Below are positions 28,948 to 38,578 of a stretch of 64,000 nt of DNA, piece after piece. The notes beneath the pieces were generated by a model. That model did not search any database. It was not told where the DNA came from and saw nothing but the letters and a program-made list of their open reading frames with translations. The translations under genes and the position numbers were made by a program. This DNA comes from Thermoplasmata archaeon (lineage in GTDB: Archaea > Thermoplasmatota > E2 > JACPAO01 > JAHFTW01), in the NCBI GenBank assembly GCA_034667725.1, contig JAXDQS010000012.1, forward strand, positions 1-64,000. Direction: 5' to 3'. Numbering within the stretch: the first letter of the stretch is position 1; every line of letters begins with the position of its first letter.

Positions 28948-29613
28948 GTGCGCGCGTCCGTGGGGGCCCTGGCCGCGGCCATCGTGCTGCTGGCGGGCTG
29001 CGCTTCGCCGTTCCAGGCGCACGTCGATCCGTCGGTGCTCCGGAGCGAGCTGCCGTGGTCCGAGGAGCGCAAGGCGCCGGAGTCGGACGGCTGGCTCGGC
29101 GCCACCACGGTCGAGACGCTCTACACCTTCGACCCGGCCAGCAACGGCCCGCCGTTCCCTGGCCTCCTGCAAGTGTTCTCCGCCAAGGGCGTCACGCATG
29201 ACCGCGAGGAGCTGCTGCGCGTGGCCCGCGACGCCGTGGAGGCCGCCATGGAGGCACAGAACCTCCAGCCCATCGCCGACGGCCGCCACGAGGGCCGCCG
29301 CGCCTTGCAAAGCGGCCTGGAGACCAGCTGGTTCACGATGGAGGCCACGGCCACCGAGTCCGGCGCGCTGTTCTCCCAGTCGGTGCGGGTGCGCATCCTG
29401 GGCGAGGCGGCGTTCGACGGCCTCAGCAGCACTAGCGTCGTCCTCGTCGGCCTGGCCCAGGTCGCCGCGACGCCCTCCTGCCCGACCATCCTGCAATGCC
29501 CGCCCGACAACGACCTGCGCACCTGGGGCTCCTTGGCCGGCGACCCCGAAGGCTCCCCCGCCTGGGACCGCAACGACCGGGGCCTCGTCGACCACCTGGT
29601 GACCCATGGCTGA
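28948..29613 (+). CDS. Hypothetical lipoprotein
   Basis: LLAGC lipobox. TATA-like AAGCCTTTGA about 25 nt upstream. Confidence 0.75.
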   Translation: MRASVGALAAAIVLLAGCASPFQAHVDPSVLRSELPWSEERKAPESDGWLGATTVETLYTFDPASNGPPFPGLLQVFSAKGVTHDREELLRVARDAVEAAMEAQNLQPIADGRHEGRRALQSGLETSWFTMEATATESGALFSQSVRVRILGEAAFDGLSSTSVVLVGLAQVAATPSCPTILQCPPDNDLRTWGSLAGDPEGSPAWDRNDRGLVDHLVTHG

Positions 29614-30598
29614 CGCCCCGTTGGCCGCCCGCTTCGCCGCCGGGCCCAAGATCCGGCAATGGGCGCAGGAGCACGGCTTTTCCGAGTGGATGGTGGCGCG
29701 CCTGGTCCGCCTCACCGACAACCCCAACGCGCTCCTCGACGGCCTGCTGCGCCGCCCGCCCCGCTACCTGCGCGTGAACCCGCTGCGCGGCGACTTCGAC
29801 GAGGTCAAGGTCCGCCTGGAGGCCCGCGGCTTCGAGCTCAGCCGCAGCGACCTCGACCCCCGCATCATGCGCGTCCGCCAAGCCCCCATCAGCCCCGGCG
29901 CGACGCTGGAGCACATGCTCGGCATGACGACGTTGCAGGACCTCGCCTCCGCCTCCGCCCCGCTGGCCGTCGCGGCCCGCCCCGGCGACGTCGTGGCCGA
30001 CCTAGCCGCAGCCCCCGGCGTCAAGACCCTGCACGTCGCGGGCGACCTGGGCGCCAAGGGCGCGGTCGTCGCCGTGGAGCCCGACCGTGACCGGATGCGG
30101 GCGCTCCGGTTCAACCTCGAGCGCGGCGGCGCCACCACGGCCCTGCTGCGCCTCCACGAGGCCCAGGCGCTGCCGGGCGAAGCGTGGGCGGACAAGGTGC
30201 TGCTCGACGCGCCTTGCACCGGCGAAGGCACCATCCCGAAGGACAAGAACCGCCGCTTCGCCAAGCCCGAGGAGATTCCCAAGCTGTGCGCCGTCCAGGC
30301 GGAGATCCTCGACGCCGCCGACCGCGTCCTCAAGCCCGGCGGCCGGCTGGTGTACGCCACCTGCACCTTCGGCCCCGAGGAGAACGAGGCGCAGGTGCAG
30401 CGGATGCTCGCGAAGGGCTACCGCATGGAGGCGTTGCCGTTCGACCGCTGCGGCGGCGTGCCGCTGGCCCCCGGCGTGACGGAGTGGCCCGGCTTCACCC
30501 TGGACCAAGAGCTGCGGCTGGCGCGCCGGTTCGTGCCCGGCGTCCACCCCACCCTCGGCTTCTTCGTCGCGGCCCTGCGCAAGGGAGGCGGCGCATGA
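29606..30598 (+). CDS. RsmB/NOP2/Sun family RNA m5C methyltransferase
   Basis: LRVN, QDLAS, DLAAAPG, LLDAPCTGEG, VYATCT..PEENE. Confidence 0.95.
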   Translation: MADAPLAARFAAGPKIRQWAQEHGFSEWMVARLVRLTDNPNALLDGLLRRPPRYLRVNPLRGDFDEVKVRLEARGFELSRSDLDPRIMRVRQAPISPGATLEHMLGMTTLQDLASASAPLAVAARPGDVVADLAAAPGVKTLHVAGDLGAKGAVVAVEPDRDRMRALRFNLERGGATTALLRLHEAQALPGEAWADKVLLDAPCTGEGTIPKDKNRRFAKPEEIPKLCAVQAEILDAADRVLKPGGRLVYATCTFGPEENEAQVQRMLAKGYRMEALPFDRCGGVPLAPGVTEWPGFTLDQELRLARRFVPGVHPTLGFFVAALRKGGGA

Positions 30599-31116
30599 GG
30601 CCCGCCGAGCCCGCCGAGGAGTCGGCCGTCGTCGACTTCCTCGAAGGCATGGAGGAAGGGCTGGCCGCGCGCGTCCTGGCGGGGCTGCGCCTCGGGGTCG
30701 TCGAGCGCGACGGCGTCACCTTCGTCGCGCTCCGGAGCCGCGAGATGGACGCGCTGCCCGCCGCCCTGCTGGACGGCGCCGACGCCGGCGGCCTCCCCAT
30801 CGGCACCTTGGAGGACGGCGGCTTCCACCTCGATTTGCAGGGCGCCGTCCAGGTGGCGCGGTTCACCAAGGCCCAGTCGGTGCGGGTCACCGAGCACGCC
30901 GCCCGTTTGTTCCTCTACGGCCGCAACATCCTCGGCGACTCCGTCGAATGGCACGACCGCGCCCTCGAGAAAGGGGACGCCTGCATCGTCGCCAACCCCC
31001 GCGGCGAGGCCCTCGGCATCGGTGTCGTCGTCGGCAGCTTCAAGGGGAACCGGGAAGCTGTCCAGCCCGTTCATGACCTTGGCACCTACCTCCGGGACCA
31101 AGACGAAGGCGAATGA
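30595..31116 (+). CDS. NIP7-like PUA domain ribosome biogenesis protein
   Basis: ARLFLYGRNI...GEALGIG...DLGTYLR, coupled to the NOP2-like gene. Confidence 0.85.
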   Translation: MRPAEPAEESAVVDFLEGMEEGLAARVLAGLRLGVVERDGVTFVALRSREMDALPAALLDGADAGGLPIGTLEDGGFHLDLQGAVQVARFTKAQSVRVTEHAARLFLYGRNILGDSVEWHDRALEKGDACIVANPRGEALGIGVVVGSFKGNREAVQPVHDLGTYLRDQDEGE

Positions 31117-31510
31117 GGCGGCCGAGCTGGAGTACACGGTGATCGTGGCCACCCGCGACACCCGCGACGGGAAGGAGTTCCTCATGGTTCACCACGGCGA
31201 GCGCGGCTGGGAGCTGCCCGGCGGCAAGCTCGAGCCCAACGAGGGCCCCGTCCACTGCGCGCTGCGGGAGTTCCGCGAGGAGACCGGCCACCTCCTGGGC
31301 TCGCCGCACTTCGTCGCCAAGCTGCGCAAGGACAACGGCGTCTGCTTCATCTTCACGGGGACCCTGGGCTCGGCGGTCGAGTCCAAGGACAAGGAGGAGG
31401 TCGTCGGCGAGATGCGCTGGTTCGGCCGGCTGCCGCGCGAGCTGGGGCTGGCGTTCCCGGACGACCCCTACGCCGAGATGGGGCAGATGCTGGGGATCGA
31501 CTTCGGCTGA
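31073..31510 (+). CDS. NUDIX hydrolase
   Basis: WELPGGKLEPNEGPVHCALREFREETG Nudix box. Start uncertain. Confidence 0.9.
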   Translation: MTLAPTSGTKTKANEAAELEYTVIVATRDTRDGKEFLMVHHGERGWELPGGKLEPNEGPVHCALREFREETGHLLGSPHFVAKLRKDNGVCFIFTGTLGSAVESKDKEEVVGEMRWFGRLPRELGLAFPDDPYAEMGQMLGIDFG

Positions 31511-31513
31511 AGG

Positions 31514-32032
31514 TCACGAGTCGTAGAGCGACAGCCACAGGTCCGCGAACTCGCTCTTCAGTTCCGGCGTCGGCGCGTGCTCCAGCAGCAGCCGCTCGGT
31601 GGCCTTCGGGTCCGCGACCTCGAACAGGCCGTCCGGCGTCTTGCGCACCAGGCCGACCGCCTCCAGCTTGCGCAGGTGGAAGCTCAGCTTGCTCTTGCCG
31701 AGGCCGAGCGCCTCCGCGACCTGGCCGTGGCGCTGCGGCGCGCCCTGCTCCAGCAGGTGGAGCGTGACCTGGAGCGGGATGCGGCCGCGCAGCACGCCGA
31801 GCGCCTTGCGGGTGGCGGCGTCAGGGGTGCCGGGGCCCGGCGCGAACAGCCGTTGGTAGCGCTCCTCGCGCTGCTCCTGCAGCAAGCCTTCGGACAGCAG
31901 GAACTGGAGGTGGTACTCGACCAGCGCGACCGAGGTGCCGAGCCGGCGGGCGACGTCGCGCACGTGGAGGCCGGGATACTCGCGCACGAGGCGCACGATG
32001 CGGCGGCGGATGTCGAGCTCGCCCGCGGCCAT
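31514..32032 (-). CDS. Double winged-helix transcriptional regulator
   Basis: RRRIVRLVREYPGLHVRDVA...LVEYHL and a second wHTH KSKLSFHLRKL. Paralogue of 24130..24738. Confidence 0.9.
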   Translation of the reverse strand: MAAGELDIRRRIVRLVREYPGLHVRDVARRLGTSVALVEYHLQFLLSEGLLQEQREERYQRLFAPGPGTPDAATRKALGVLRGRIPLQVTLHLLEQGAPQRHGQVAEALGLGKSKLSFHLRKLEAVGLVRKTPDGLFEVADPKATERLLLEHAPTPELKSEFADLWLSLYDS

Positions 32033-32035
32033 GGC

Positions 32036-32335
32036 TCACGACCGGCGCAAAAACGGCGTCACCAGCAGGCCGACGATGACCAGGTCGAAGGCGCTGCCGA
32101 GGAACTCGAGGTGGCCGTGCGACAGGTAGCTGCTGGGATGGTTCGGGTCCTCCAGCAAGGCGTAGGCAGTGACTAGCGACTTGACACAGAACGCGAGGAA
32201 CGCGGCCGCGACATAGCCGAGCTTGCGGTTGCCGGTGCGGCGCCGCGCCTGCAACGCAAGGACGAACAGCCCGAACGAGACCACGGCGGTGCCGCCCACC
32301 AGGAGCAGGGTCACCGTGCTATGGGACTCCACCAT
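32036..32335 (-). CDS. Small 3-TM membrane protein co-transcribed with the wHTH regulator
   Basis: LALQARRRTGNRKLGYVAAAFLAFCVKS...FDLVIVGLL, a pattern recalled from DUF7521/DUF5985-like proteins. Confidence 0.75.
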   Translation of the reverse strand: MVESHSTVTLLLVGGTAVVSFGLFVLALQARRRTGNRKLGYVAAAFLAFCVKSLVTAYALLEDPNHPSSYLSHGHLEFLGSAFDLVIVGLLVTPFLRRS

Positions 32336-32391
32336 GCGCCACGGACGCCGCGTCCCTGGAAAAGGCGCGCGAAGCTTCCGCGGGCCGGACA

Positions 32392-32403
32392 CAAGGCTTA
32401 AGC
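32392..32403 (+). promoter_or_regulatory. BRE/TATA-like promoter of the His1-protein/copCD cluster
   Basis: CAAGGCTTAAG about 26 nt upstream of ATG 32428. Confidence 0.55.
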
Positions 32404-32427
32404 CGCTGGCCCCAAGTCGTTCAAACC

Positions 32428-33516
32428 ATGACAAAACCCGCGGTCCGGCTGGCGGCCTGCGCCATGCTCGCGGCCCTCCTGGCTGCGCCTGCCGTCCAGG
32501 CCCACGGCGCCCCGGTCCCGCGCACCATCGACACCCGCGTGCTGGCCGACGACGACGGCGCGCTCGGCTTCGGCGGCTGCGTCCCCGAGGTGGGCTGCCA
32601 AGCCGACGGCATCGACCTGCTGGCGCTCGACGTCCGCGAGGCCGCCGACGCCCTCGGCCGCCCCATGATCGCGTTCCGGGTCATCTTCCAGACCGAGCTG
32701 GACTCGCTGGCCGGCACCAGCTTCACGCTCTCCTTCACCGCCGGCGGCCAGGCCAAGACCGCCACCGTGACGCTGGCCGACGGCAACGCCACCAGCCCGG
32801 ACGCCGTGCGCGTCGAGGGCCCGGTCCCCGTCGGCGACCAGCACCCGCAGGCGGTCGACGTCTGGTTCCACAGCCAGCCGCTCGGCATCGCTCCAGGAGG
32901 AAGCACGCCGACCCTCGGCACCCAGCCCGGCGACGCCATCACGGAGATCAGGGTCACGAGCCAGGCCGGCGCGGACGGCGCCAACGACGCGATGCCCGGC
33001 ACCTGGACGACGCGCGGCCAGGCGGTCCCGTTCCTCCCGGAAGACCCGGAGCCCAGCGTCCCCGAGCCGGCGCCCGCCGGCAACTACACCGTCGCCGGCC
33101 CCGCCCGCCTCCTGAACGCCACCGCGCCCAGCCCCGTCCTCGTCCACCACGGCAACGCCACGGCGAAGGTCACGCTCCGGAGCACGGTGGACCTGCCGCA
33201 GTTCGCCAGCCTGCGCCTGGACGCCGCGGGGGCCAACGCGACCCTGGACGCCGCGGTCCTCAACCTGCCCGACCTGACGGCCCGCGACGTGACGGTCACC
33301 ATCCAGTCCGCGGCGCCGGGCGCCACCTTGGCCCTGCTGGTGTCCACCGACCTCGGCGGCTTCGAGCGCATCCCGATCCCCCTCATGGTGGAGGAGGAGC
33401 GCCACGAGCACACCGACCCGACCGCGCAGGGCTCCGAGACCGAGCCCGCCCCTGCCCTCGCCCCTGGCGTGACCCTTGCCGTGCTGGCCCTGGCCGCCCT
33501 GGCCCGGCGCCGGTGA
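32428..33516 (+). CDS. Surface protein with predicted mature N-terminal His and C-terminal sorting-like anchor
   Basis: Signal peptide ...AVQA|HG and C-terminal APG-hydrophobic-RRR. Confidence 0.85.
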   Translation: MTKPAVRLAACAMLAALLAAPAVQAHGAPVPRTIDTRVLADDDGALGFGGCVPEVGCQADGIDLLALDVREAADALGRPMIAFRVIFQTELDSLAGTSFTLSFTAGGQAKTATVTLADGNATSPDAVRVEGPVPVGDQHPQAVDVWFHSQPLGIAPGGSTPTLGTQPGDAITEIRVTSQAGADGANDAMPGTWTTRGQAVPFLPEDPEPSVPEPAPAGNYTVAGPARLLNATAPSPVLVHHGNATAKVTLRSTVDLPQFASLRLDAAGANATLDAAVLNLPDLTARDVTVTIQSAAPGATLALLVSTDLGGFERIPIPLMVEEERHEHTDPTAQGSETEPAPALAPGVTLAVLALAALARRR

Positions 33517-33564
33517 ACCACGCACAACGCCTATGGCCAAGTGCCCCCTCCTGGAGATGACCTG

Positions 33565-34638
33565 ATGCGCGCCCCCCTCGCCCTGCTCCTGCTGTCCGCC
33601 CTGCTCGTGGTCGCCCTGCTGCCCGGCGCAACCGCGCACGGGCCGCCGCAGCGCCGCGACCCCGACACCCGCGTCCTCGTCGACTGGAACGACGACTGCG
33701 GCGGCGACGGCGGCGCCTCCCTGGCCACCGGCGCCTGCCGCGGCTCGCACGACCTCATCGGCCTCGACCTGGTCGAGCGGCACGACGCCGGGCTCGGCGA
33801 CGTCGTGGTGTTCCGGTTCTTCCTCGACAAGGGCACGAGCGGCGCCCGCCGCGACACCCTCTCCGTCGGCACGCCCAGCGGCACGCAGAGCTTCAGCCTC
33901 ACCAGCAGCGACGCCGCCACCTTCACCGCCACCGGCTTCGACCGCAGCACCAACGCCCAGTCGCTCAACGACGGCACCCGCTTCGTGGTCGAAGGCACCG
34001 TCCAGCTCTCCAAGCTCGGCTCGCCCGGCCAGACCATCGGGCCGTTCAAGGTCGAGGCGTTCAACGGCAACCAGGTCGGCGACTACATGCCCGGCGGCTG
34101 CAACAACACGGTGGGCACCTGCCCCCCGCAGGACCCGGACGCGGACATCGCCTACGAGCTGCGGCAGTACAAGCTCGCCGGCCCCACCCACTACCTCGCC
34201 GTCACGGCGCCCTCCGCCACGCTCGACGTCCCGGCCGGCGGCGAGGCCGGCGTCACCTTCGACATCCACAACCAGCTTGCCCGCACGGCCCAGACCGTCA
34301 CCGTCGCCGCCATCCCCGGCGCGGGCGTCACGGCCGGCTTCCACGCCTCGGGCGCAAGCCACGACGCGCCCACCCAGCCCACCGCCACCCTCGACCTGGC
34401 CGCCAAGGGCGACGGCAACGTCCACCTCATGGTCAAGGGCTCCCAGGAAGGCGCCAAGGGCGTCGTCAAGGTCTGGTTCGACACCGACCAGGGCGGCCAC
34501 CAGTCCGTCGACGTGCCCTACCGCGTCGTCGCGCCCGGCGCCGCCTCGTCGTCCCCGGGCACCACCGCCAAGCCTGCGCCCGTCCCGCTGGCCCCGCTGG
34601 CCCTCCTGGCCGCGGCCCTCCTGCGGCGGTCGCGCTGA
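33565..34638 (+). CDS. Paralogous surface protein with predicted mature N-terminal His
   Basis: Signal peptide ...GATA|HG. Shares DTRVL, a Cys pair, DxMPG, YxxAGP and TDxGG with the upstream gene. C-terminal hydrophobic-RRSR. Confidence 0.85.
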   Translation: MRAPLALLLLSALLVVALLPGATAHGPPQRRDPDTRVLVDWNDDCGGDGGASLATGACRGSHDLIGLDLVERHDAGLGDVVVFRFFLDKGTSGARRDTLSVGTPSGTQSFSLTSSDAATFTATGFDRSTNAQSLNDGTRFVVEGTVQLSKLGSPGQTIGPFKVEAFNGNQVGDYMPGGCNNTVGTCPPQDPDADIAYELRQYKLAGPTHYLAVTAPSATLDVPAGGEAGVTFDIHNQLARTAQTVTVAAIPGAGVTAGFHASGASHDAPTQPTATLDLAAKGDGNVHLMVKGSQEGAKGVVKVWFDTDQGGHQSVDVPYRVVAPGAASSSPGTTAKPAPVPLAPLALLAAALLRRSR

Positions 34639-36293
34639 TGCGGCGCCCGGCCGCCTGGGCCTTGCCGCTGCTCTTGGCGGCCGTGCTGGCGGCGCCGCTG
34701 GCCGCCGGCCACGCCACCTTGGTCGAGTCGCACCCCGGCCGCGGCGACCGCCTGGCCGAGGCGCCCGACCGCGCCGTCGTGTTCTTCTCCGAGCAGGCCG
34801 ACCCCGGCGGCAGCTTCGTCCACGTCCAGGACGCGGCCACCGGCGAGCGTGTCGACCTGGGCGACCTCCGCTACGATGCCGACCCGCCACGACTCAGCGT
34901 CGGCCTGCCCGACCTGCCGGCCGGCGCCTACACCATGCAGTGGCAGGCGCTCTCCGGCCGCGACGGCCACACCACCTCCGGCGTCGTCGGCTTCGCCATC
35001 GGCAGCCACGAGCCCCCCGCCTCCTCCGAGTCCTCCAAGGACAGCGCCCGCCCCCTCGCCGTCGCCGCGCGCGTGTTCCTCTACGCCGGCTTCAGCCTCG
35101 CCTTCGGCGCCCTCGCGTTCCTCGCCTGGATGCCCGCCGACGCCCGCCCCCTCGCCCGCAAGGCGCTCGCCGCCGGCGCCGGCCTGCACCTTCTGGGCGT
35201 CCTCGTGCTCGCCCGCGAGACCGCCCTCAGCTCCAGCCTCCCCGTCGAGGCGTTCCTCGCCACCGGCACCGGCCAGATCCTCGCCTTCCGCGCCATCGTG
35301 GGGGCCGCCGCCCTGCTGGTCGCCGTCCTTGCGCAGCTGCGCCCCACCCGCACCGCCGCGCCCGCCGTCTTGCTGCTGCTGGCCGCCGCCGGCCTCGCCT
35401 CCGCCCGCCTCGGCCACGCCTCCAGCGAGGGTGTTGCCTTCATCGCGCTCGACTTCCTGCACCTTGCCGCCGCCAGCGCCTGGACCGGCGGCCTCGTCCT
35501 GTACGCCTGGTGGCTGCTGCGGTCCCCTGGCCCTGTCCCCGCCGGCGCCGGCGCGCGCTTCGGCGCCCTCGCCCTCACCGCCGTCGCCATCCTCGGCGGC
35601 ACCGGCGTCGTGCTGGCCGTCGCCATCCTTGGCGTCGAGCTTGCCGCAAGCGGCGCCGCCCTGTCCGCCGCGTGGGGCGTCTTCCTTGCGCTCAAGATCC
35701 TCGCCTTCGGCCTCATGCTGCTCGCCGCCACCGTCAACCGCTACGTTCTCTTGGAGCCCGAGCGCGCCAAGGGCCCTGTCGCGGCCCTGCAGCGCGCCGC
35801 CCGCGCCCTGTCGGGCGGGCGGCTGCGCGCAGGCCTCGCGGACGGCCGGCGGCTCGGCCGCTCGGTCGCCGTCGAGGCCGGGGTCGGCGCCGTCGTCCTC
35901 GTGCTGGCGGCGCTTTTGACCTCGGTGTCGCCGCCGACCGCCGACGCCGCCGCGCCCGGCGTGACGTTCGAGGCGCGCGGCGAGCACCACCTCGTGCGCG
36001 TGGCGTTCGACGACGCGCCCCGGTTCGGCGCCACCGGCCACGCCACCTTGACGGTGACCGACGAGGACGGCCAGCCCATCCAGAACGACTGCGGCCGGCC
36101 CAACTGCCTGGCGATCGAGCTGCGCTACCCGGACGGCGGCAGCGAACGACGCAGCGTCCCGGTGGAGAACGGCACCGCCTACCTGCACAGCGTGGTGTGG
36201 GCGGCGGCCGGCCCCGCCGAGCTCGTGGTCACGGTCTCGACGCAAGCGCACTTCGAGGACGTCGCGACGGTGGCGTTCACCATCGCCCCGTGA
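34638..36293 (+). CDS. Copper resistance/uptake CopC-CopD fusion
   Basis: AG|HATLVESHP...GAYTMQWQALSGRDGHTTSG (CopC) and LGHA, DFLHLAAASAWTGG, LKI...VNR, VEAGV (CopD). Confidence 0.93.
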   Translation: MRRPAAWALPLLLAAVLAAPLAAGHATLVESHPGRGDRLAEAPDRAVVFFSEQADPGGSFVHVQDAATGERVDLGDLRYDADPPRLSVGLPDLPAGAYTMQWQALSGRDGHTTSGVVGFAIGSHEPPASSESSKDSARPLAVAARVFLYAGFSLAFGALAFLAWMPADARPLARKALAAGAGLHLLGVLVLARETALSSSLPVEAFLATGTGQILAFRAIVGAAALLVAVLAQLRPTRTAAPAVLLLLAAAGLASARLGHASSEGVAFIALDFLHLAAASAWTGGLVLYAWWLLRSPGPVPAGAGARFGALALTAVAILGGTGVVLAVAILGVELAASGAALSAAWGVFLALKILAFGLMLLAATVNRYVLLEPERAKGPVAALQRAARALSGGRLRAGLADGRRLGRSVAVEAGVGAVVLVLAALLTSVSPPTADAAAPGVTFEARGEHHLVRVAFDDAPRFGATGHATLTVTDEDGQPIQNDCGRPNCLAIELRYPDGGSERRSVPVENGTAYLHSVVWAAAGPAELVVTVSTQAHFEDVATVAFTIAP

Positions 36294-36335
36294 TCGGCTT
36301 CAAATAGCCCCGCCCAGTCGCACGAAACACCTCCT

Positions 36336-36408
36336 GGGGTGGTAACTCAGCTGGGAGAGTGCCAGACTGAAGATCTGGATGCCGCCGGTTCGATCCCGGC
36401 TCACCCCA
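36336..36408 (+). tRNA. tRNA-Phe(GAA)
   Basis: Acceptor GGGGTGG/TCACCCC, anticodon arm CCAGA-CTGAAGA-TCTGG, T-loop TTCGATC. TTCAAATA box about 30 nt upstream. Confidence 0.96.
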
Positions 36409-36409
36409 C

Positions 36410-36553
36410 TTGTTGCGCGCCCTGCAGGAGCACGCCCACGGCGCCGGCCAGGGGACCCTGGAGGAATGGCTGCTGTACGTCGCCGGCCTGGTCGCGGTCG
36501 GCGCCATGGCCTACGTCTATTTCCGGCACATCCGGCCCCGGCGCAAGGCGTAG
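36410..36553 (+). CDS. Putative 47-aa single-TM protein (not in ORF track)
   Basis: (M)LRALQEHAHGAGQGTLEEWLLYVAGLVAVGAMAYVYFRHIRPRRKA, high GC3, TM followed by a basic tail. Confidence 0.55.
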   Translation: MLRALQEHAHGAGQGTLEEWLLYVAGLVAVGAMAYVYFRHIRPRRKA

Positions 36554-36617
36554 GGACGGCCGTCGTTTCCAAGGGTGTTCGGGAACGTTGATGGGGTGCC
36601 GCGGCCAGCGATTGGGC

Positions 36618-36830
36618 ATGGCCCTCAAGCACGTCTTGCTCGGCATCGGGGTCGTCGCCGCCGTCGGCGCCGGCTACCTTGCCTACCGCTACGCCAGCGC
36701 CCCCGCCAACACGACCTCGACCCCCATGGTGGAGGTCAAGCGCGCCGCCCAGGAGTCCGGCAACGCCATCCAGTCGATCGCGCCCAACAACCACTTCGAG
36801 GCCGGCAAGCCGCAGGCCACCGCCTACTGA
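36618..36830 (+). CDS. Small membrane-anchored hypothetical protein
   Basis: MALKHVLLGIGVVAAVGAGYLAYRY..., coding-like codon usage. Confidence 0.7.
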   Translation: MALKHVLLGIGVVAAVGAGYLAYRYASAPANTTSTPMVEVKRAAQESGNAIQSIAPNNHFEAGKPQATAY

Positions 36831-36851
36831 ACGTTTCTAAGGTTCCGCCCC

Positions 36852-38516
36852 GTGGCGCCGCCCGTGCCGCGCCGCAAGGCCGACTGGGACGCCTCGACCT
36901 ACGCCAAGGCCAAGGCGAAGGCGCCGGAGCGCCAGGAGGAGTTCTCGACCTTCGGCGGCCGGCCCGTGGCGCCGCTCTACACGGCGGAGGACGTCGCCGG
37001 CGACCCGGACGCGAAGCTCGGCTACCCCGGCCTGCCGCCGTACACGCGCGGCGTGCAGCCCACGATGTACCGCGGGCGGCTGTGGACGATGCGGCAGTAC
37101 GCCGGCTTCTCCACGCCGGAGGAGTCGAACAAGCGCTACAAGATGCTCCTGCAACAGGGGAGCACGGGCTTGTCGGTGGCGTTCGACCTGCCCACCCAGA
37201 TCGGCATGGACTCCGACGACGAGCGCGCGCTCGGCGAGGTCGGCAAGGTCGGGGTCGCCATCGACTCGCTGCGGGACATGGAGATCCTGTTCGACGGCAT
37301 CCCGCTCGACAAGGTCACCACCTCGATGACCATCAACGCCCCCGCCGCGGTGCTCCTGTGCATGTACCTCGCGGTGGCCGAGAAGCAGGGTGTTGCGTTC
37401 GCCAAGGTCGGCGGCACCATCCAGAACGACATCCTGAAGGAATACATCGCGCGCGGCACCTACATCTTCCCGCCCGGCCCGTCGATGCGCCTCATCACCG
37501 ACACCTTCGCCTTCTGCGCCCGCGAGGTCCCCGAGTGGAACACCATCAGCATCTCGGGCTACCACATCCGCGAGGCCGGCAGCACCGCCGCCCAGGAGCT
37601 GGCCTTCACCCTCGCCGACGGCATCGCCTACGTCCAGGCCGCCGTCGACGCCGGCCTCCCGGTCGACTCGTTCGCGCCGCGGGTGGCGTTCTTCTTCAAC
37701 GGCCACAACGACTTCTTGGAGGAGGTCGCCAAGTTCCGCGCCGCCCGCCGCATGTGGCACCGCATCATGACGGAACGGTTCCACGCCAAGGACCCGCGCT
37801 CGTGGATGCTGCGGTTCCACACCCAGACCGCCGGCAGCACCCTCACCGCCCAGCAGCCCGAGAACAACGTCGTCCGCGTCGCCCTGCAAGCCCTCGCCGC
37901 GGTGCTCGGCGGCACCCAGAGCCTGCACACCAACGGCATGGACGAGGCGCTCGGCCTGCCTACTGAGAAGGCCGCCCGCATCGCGCTCCGGACCCAACAG
38001 ATCATCGCCCACGAGTCCGGGGTCGCCAACACCGTCGACCCGACCGCGGGCAGCTACGCCGTCGAAGCGCTCACGGACGCCTTGGAGCACGACGCCTTGG
38101 CCCTGATCGCGCGCATCGACGAGATGGGCGGGATGCTGCGCGCCATCGAGAAGGGCTGGGTGCAGGCGCAGATCCAGGACGCGGCCTACACCTTCCAGCG
38201 CGAGGTCGAGGAGTCCGAGCGCATCGTCGTCGGCGTCAACGACTACGCGTTGGAGGGCGAGGCGCCGATGGAGATCCTCAAGGTCGACGACGGCCCCGAG
38301 AAGGCGCAGCTCGCCAAGCTCGCCATCACCAAGGCCGCCCGCGACAACGCCGCCGTGACGGCGAAGCTGGCGGCGCTGCGGCAGGCGGCCCGCGAGCCCA
38401 AGGCCAACGTCGTGCCGTTCATCCTCGACGCGGTGCGCAGCTACGCCACCCTCGGCGAGATTTGCAACACGCTGCGGGCGGAGTGGGGCGAGTACGTGCC
38501 GGGGGCAACACTCTAG
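36852..38516 (+). CDS. Methylmalonyl-CoA mutase, large (substrate-binding) subunit
   Basis: [68 protein letters not shown]. No B12-binding domain. Confidence 0.96.
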   Translation: MAPPVPRRKADWDASTYAKAKAKAPERQEEFSTFGGRPVAPLYTAEDVAGDPDAKLGYPGLPPYTRGVQPTMYRGRLWTMRQYAGFSTPEESNKRYKMLLQQGSTGLSVAFDLPTQIGMDSDDERALGEVGKVGVAIDSLRDMEILFDGIPLDKVTTSMTINAPAAVLLCMYLAVAEKQGVAFAKVGGTIQNDILKEYIARGTYIFPPGPSMRLITDTFAFCAREVPEWNTISISGYHIREAGSTAAQELAFTLADGIAYVQAAVDAGLPVDSFAPRVAFFFNGHNDFLEEVAKFRAARRMWHRIMTERFHAKDPRSWMLRFHTQTAGSTLTAQQPENNVVRVALQALAAVLGGTQSLHTNGMDEALGLPTEKAARIALRTQQIIAHESGVANTVDPTAGSYAVEALTDALEHDALALIARIDEMGGMLRAIEKGWVQAQIQDAAYTFQREVEESERIVVGVNDYALEGEAPMEILKVDDGPEKAQLAKLAITKAARDNAAVTAKLAALRQAAREPKANVVPFILDAVRSYATLGEICNTLRAEWGEYVPGATL

Positions 38517-38578
38517 CGCATCCACCACGTGGCCACACGCCTTTAGAGGCCAGCGTCCGGTCGGCCTGCGTCGGTGCC

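Noticed and set aside
36336-36420. Integration (att) site at tRNA-Phe or the other tRNAs
   Set aside because: No duplicated tRNA 3' end and no integrase seen in the window.
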